From Hormiphora californensis (taxonomy: Eukaryota; Animalia; Ctenophora), in assembly GCA_020137815.1 (NCBI GenBank), contig CM035350.1:9548001-9612000 (forward strand): a DNA stretch of 64,000 nucleotides, written 5' to 3'. The notes under the pieces were generated by a model. That model was given only the letters and a program-made list of their open reading frames with translations. It was not told the origin of the DNA and did not search any database. Shown in pieces: positions 62,001 through 64,000 of the stretch (its first letter is position 1; each line of letters begins with the position of its first letter). A program made the position numbers and the translations under genes.

Positions 62001-64000
62001 TGGGGGGAGAGGGGTAATACAACAAGGGCTTATAGTCTTGCTGTGGGGGGGGAGGGGGTAATACAACAAGGGCTTATAGTCTTGCTGTGGGGGGGAGAGG
62101 GGGTAATACAACAAGGGCTTATAGTCTTGCTGTGGGGGGGAGAGGGGGTAATACAACAAGGGCTTATAGTCTTGCTGTGGGGGGGAGAGGGGGTAATACA
62201 ACAAGGGCTTATAGTCTTGCTGTGGGGGGGAGGAGGGGTAATACAACAAGGGCTTATAGTCTTGCTGTGGGGGGAGAGGGGGTAATACAACAAGGGCTTA
62301 TAGTCTTGCTGTGGGGGGAGAGGGGTAATACAACAAGGGCTTATAGTCTTGCTGTGGGGGGAGAGGGGAGGGGGTAATACAACAAGGGCTTATAGTCTTG
62401 CTGTGGGGGGAGAGGGGGTAATACAACAAGGGCTTATAGTCTTGCTGTGGGGGGAGAGGGGTAATACAACAAGGGCTTATAGTCTTGCTGTGGGGGGGAG
62501 GGGGGTCATACAACAAGGGCTTATAGTCTTGCTGTGGGGGGGAGAGGGGTAATACAACAAGGGCTTATAGTCTTGCTGTGGGGGGAGAGGGGTAATACAA
62601 CAAGGGCTTATAGTCTTGCTGTGGGGGGGAGAGGGGGTAATACAACAAGGGCTTATAGTCTTGCTGTGGGGGGAGAGGGGGGGTAATACAACAAGGGCTT
62701 ATAGTCTTGCTGTGGGGGGAGAGGGGTAATACAACAAGGGCTTATAGTCTTGCTGTGGGGGGAGAGGGGTAATACAACAAGGGCTTATAGTCTTGCTGTG
62801 GGGGGAGAGGGGGTAATACAACAAGGGCTTATAGTCTTGCTGTGGGGGGAGGGGGGTAATACAACAAGGGCTTATAGTCTTGCTGTGGGGGGAGAGGGGT
62901 AATACAACAAGGGCTTATAGTCTTGCTGTGGGGGGGAGAGGGGGTAATACAACAAGGCTTATAGTCTTGCTGTGGGAGAGGGAGGGGGTAATACAACAAG
63001 GGCTTAATAGTCTTGCTGTGGGGGGAGAGTGGTAATACAACAAGGGCTTATAGTCCTTGCTGTGGGGGGGGAGGGGGTATATACAAAAGGGCTTATAGTC
63101 TTGCTGTGGGGGGAGAGGGGTAATACAACAAGGGCTTATAGTCTTGCTGTGGGGGGAGGGGGTAATAAAACAAGGGCTTATAGTCTTGTGTGGGGGGGAG
63201 GGGGGTACAACAAGGGCTTATAGTCTTGCTGTGGGGGGAGGGGGGTAATACAACAAGGGCTTATAGTCTTGCGTGGGGGGGGGGGACAGGGCTTTAGTGG
63301 GGTGGGGAGGGGGGTAATCAACAAGGGCTTATAGTCTTGCTGTGGGGGGAGAGGGGTAATACAACAAGGGCTTATAGTCTTGCTGTGGGGGGGGTGGGAG
63401 GGGTAATACAACAAGGGCTTATAGTCTTGCTGTGGGGGGGGGGGTATACAACAAGGGGTTATAGTCTTGCTGTGGGGGAGAGGGGTATACAAAGGGTATA
63501 GTCTTGGTGGGTGGGGGGGGGAGGGGTAATACAACAAGGGTTATAGTCTTGCTGTGGGGGGGGAGGGGGGGTTAAACAAGGGCTTATAGTCTTTGTGGGG
63601 GGAGGGGGTGGTGAATACAACAAGGGCTTATGTTGTGTGGGGGGGGGGATACAAAAGGGCTTATAGTTTGGGGGGAGGGGTAATACAACAAGGGCTTATA
63701 GTCTGCTGTGGGGGGGGAGGCGGGGGTAATAAAAGGGGCTATAGTCTTGCTGTGGGGGGAAGGGGGTTAATACAACAAGGGCTTATAGTCTTGCTGTGGG
63801 GGGAGAGAGGGTTAATACAACAAGGGCTTATAGTCTTGCTGTGGGGGGGGGTAAGGGTAATACAACAAGGGCTTATAGTTTTTGGGGGGGGTGAGGGGTA
63901 TACAACAAGGGCTTATAGTCTTGCTGTGGGGGGGAGAGGGTGATACAACAAGGGCCTTATAGCCTTGCTGTGGGGGGAGAGGGGTAATGACAACAAGGGC
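59048..64000 (-). repeat. ~42-45-bp satellite in an EXOC4 intron, runs off the window end
   Basis: Unit GTAATACAACAAGGGCTTATAGTCTTGCTGT plus a variable G-rich tract; roughly 110 units by length. Confidence 0.97.

Noticed and set aside
59048-64000. CRISPR-like array (constant 30-nt repeat with variable spacers), and likewise the 43-bp satellite
   Set aside because: The spacers are only G-run length variants, not unique sequences; eukaryotic intron context; no cas genes

Overview
Eukaryotic (metazoan) genomic DNA. The gene-family style and nested genes suggest a ctenophore, but that is inference. Several stretches (about 18.7-21.3 kb, 24.9-27.8 kb, 40.2-40.8 kb, 63-64 kb) look like noisy long-read consensus. 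Recognisable spliced genes on +: an orphan secreted protein, FAXDC2, TARBP1 (interrupted by a hAT-like element), a TRIM-NHL gene, BAP18, a Cys-rich type I membrane protein and UBE2W. On -: a class A GPCR, an XK-related gene that hosts two nested genes (one an LDLa/LGR-type GPCR), and the 3' end of EXOC4. There are many MITEs, foldback elements, a CRE-type retrotransposon fragment, microsatellites and satellites. Two observations stand out. (1) Two diverged copies of a ~1.5-1.6 kb ORF1-only, RT-less retroelement, each with an intact coiled-coil/RRM ORF, a domain-boundary switch in similarity, a covarying structured 3' RNA and a (TTGA)n tail. (2) Two unrelated kilobase-scale ~43-bp satellites whose unit is a complete 3' splice site plus the start of the downstream exon. 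These belong to a window-wide pattern in which duplications and insertions copy splice junctions.
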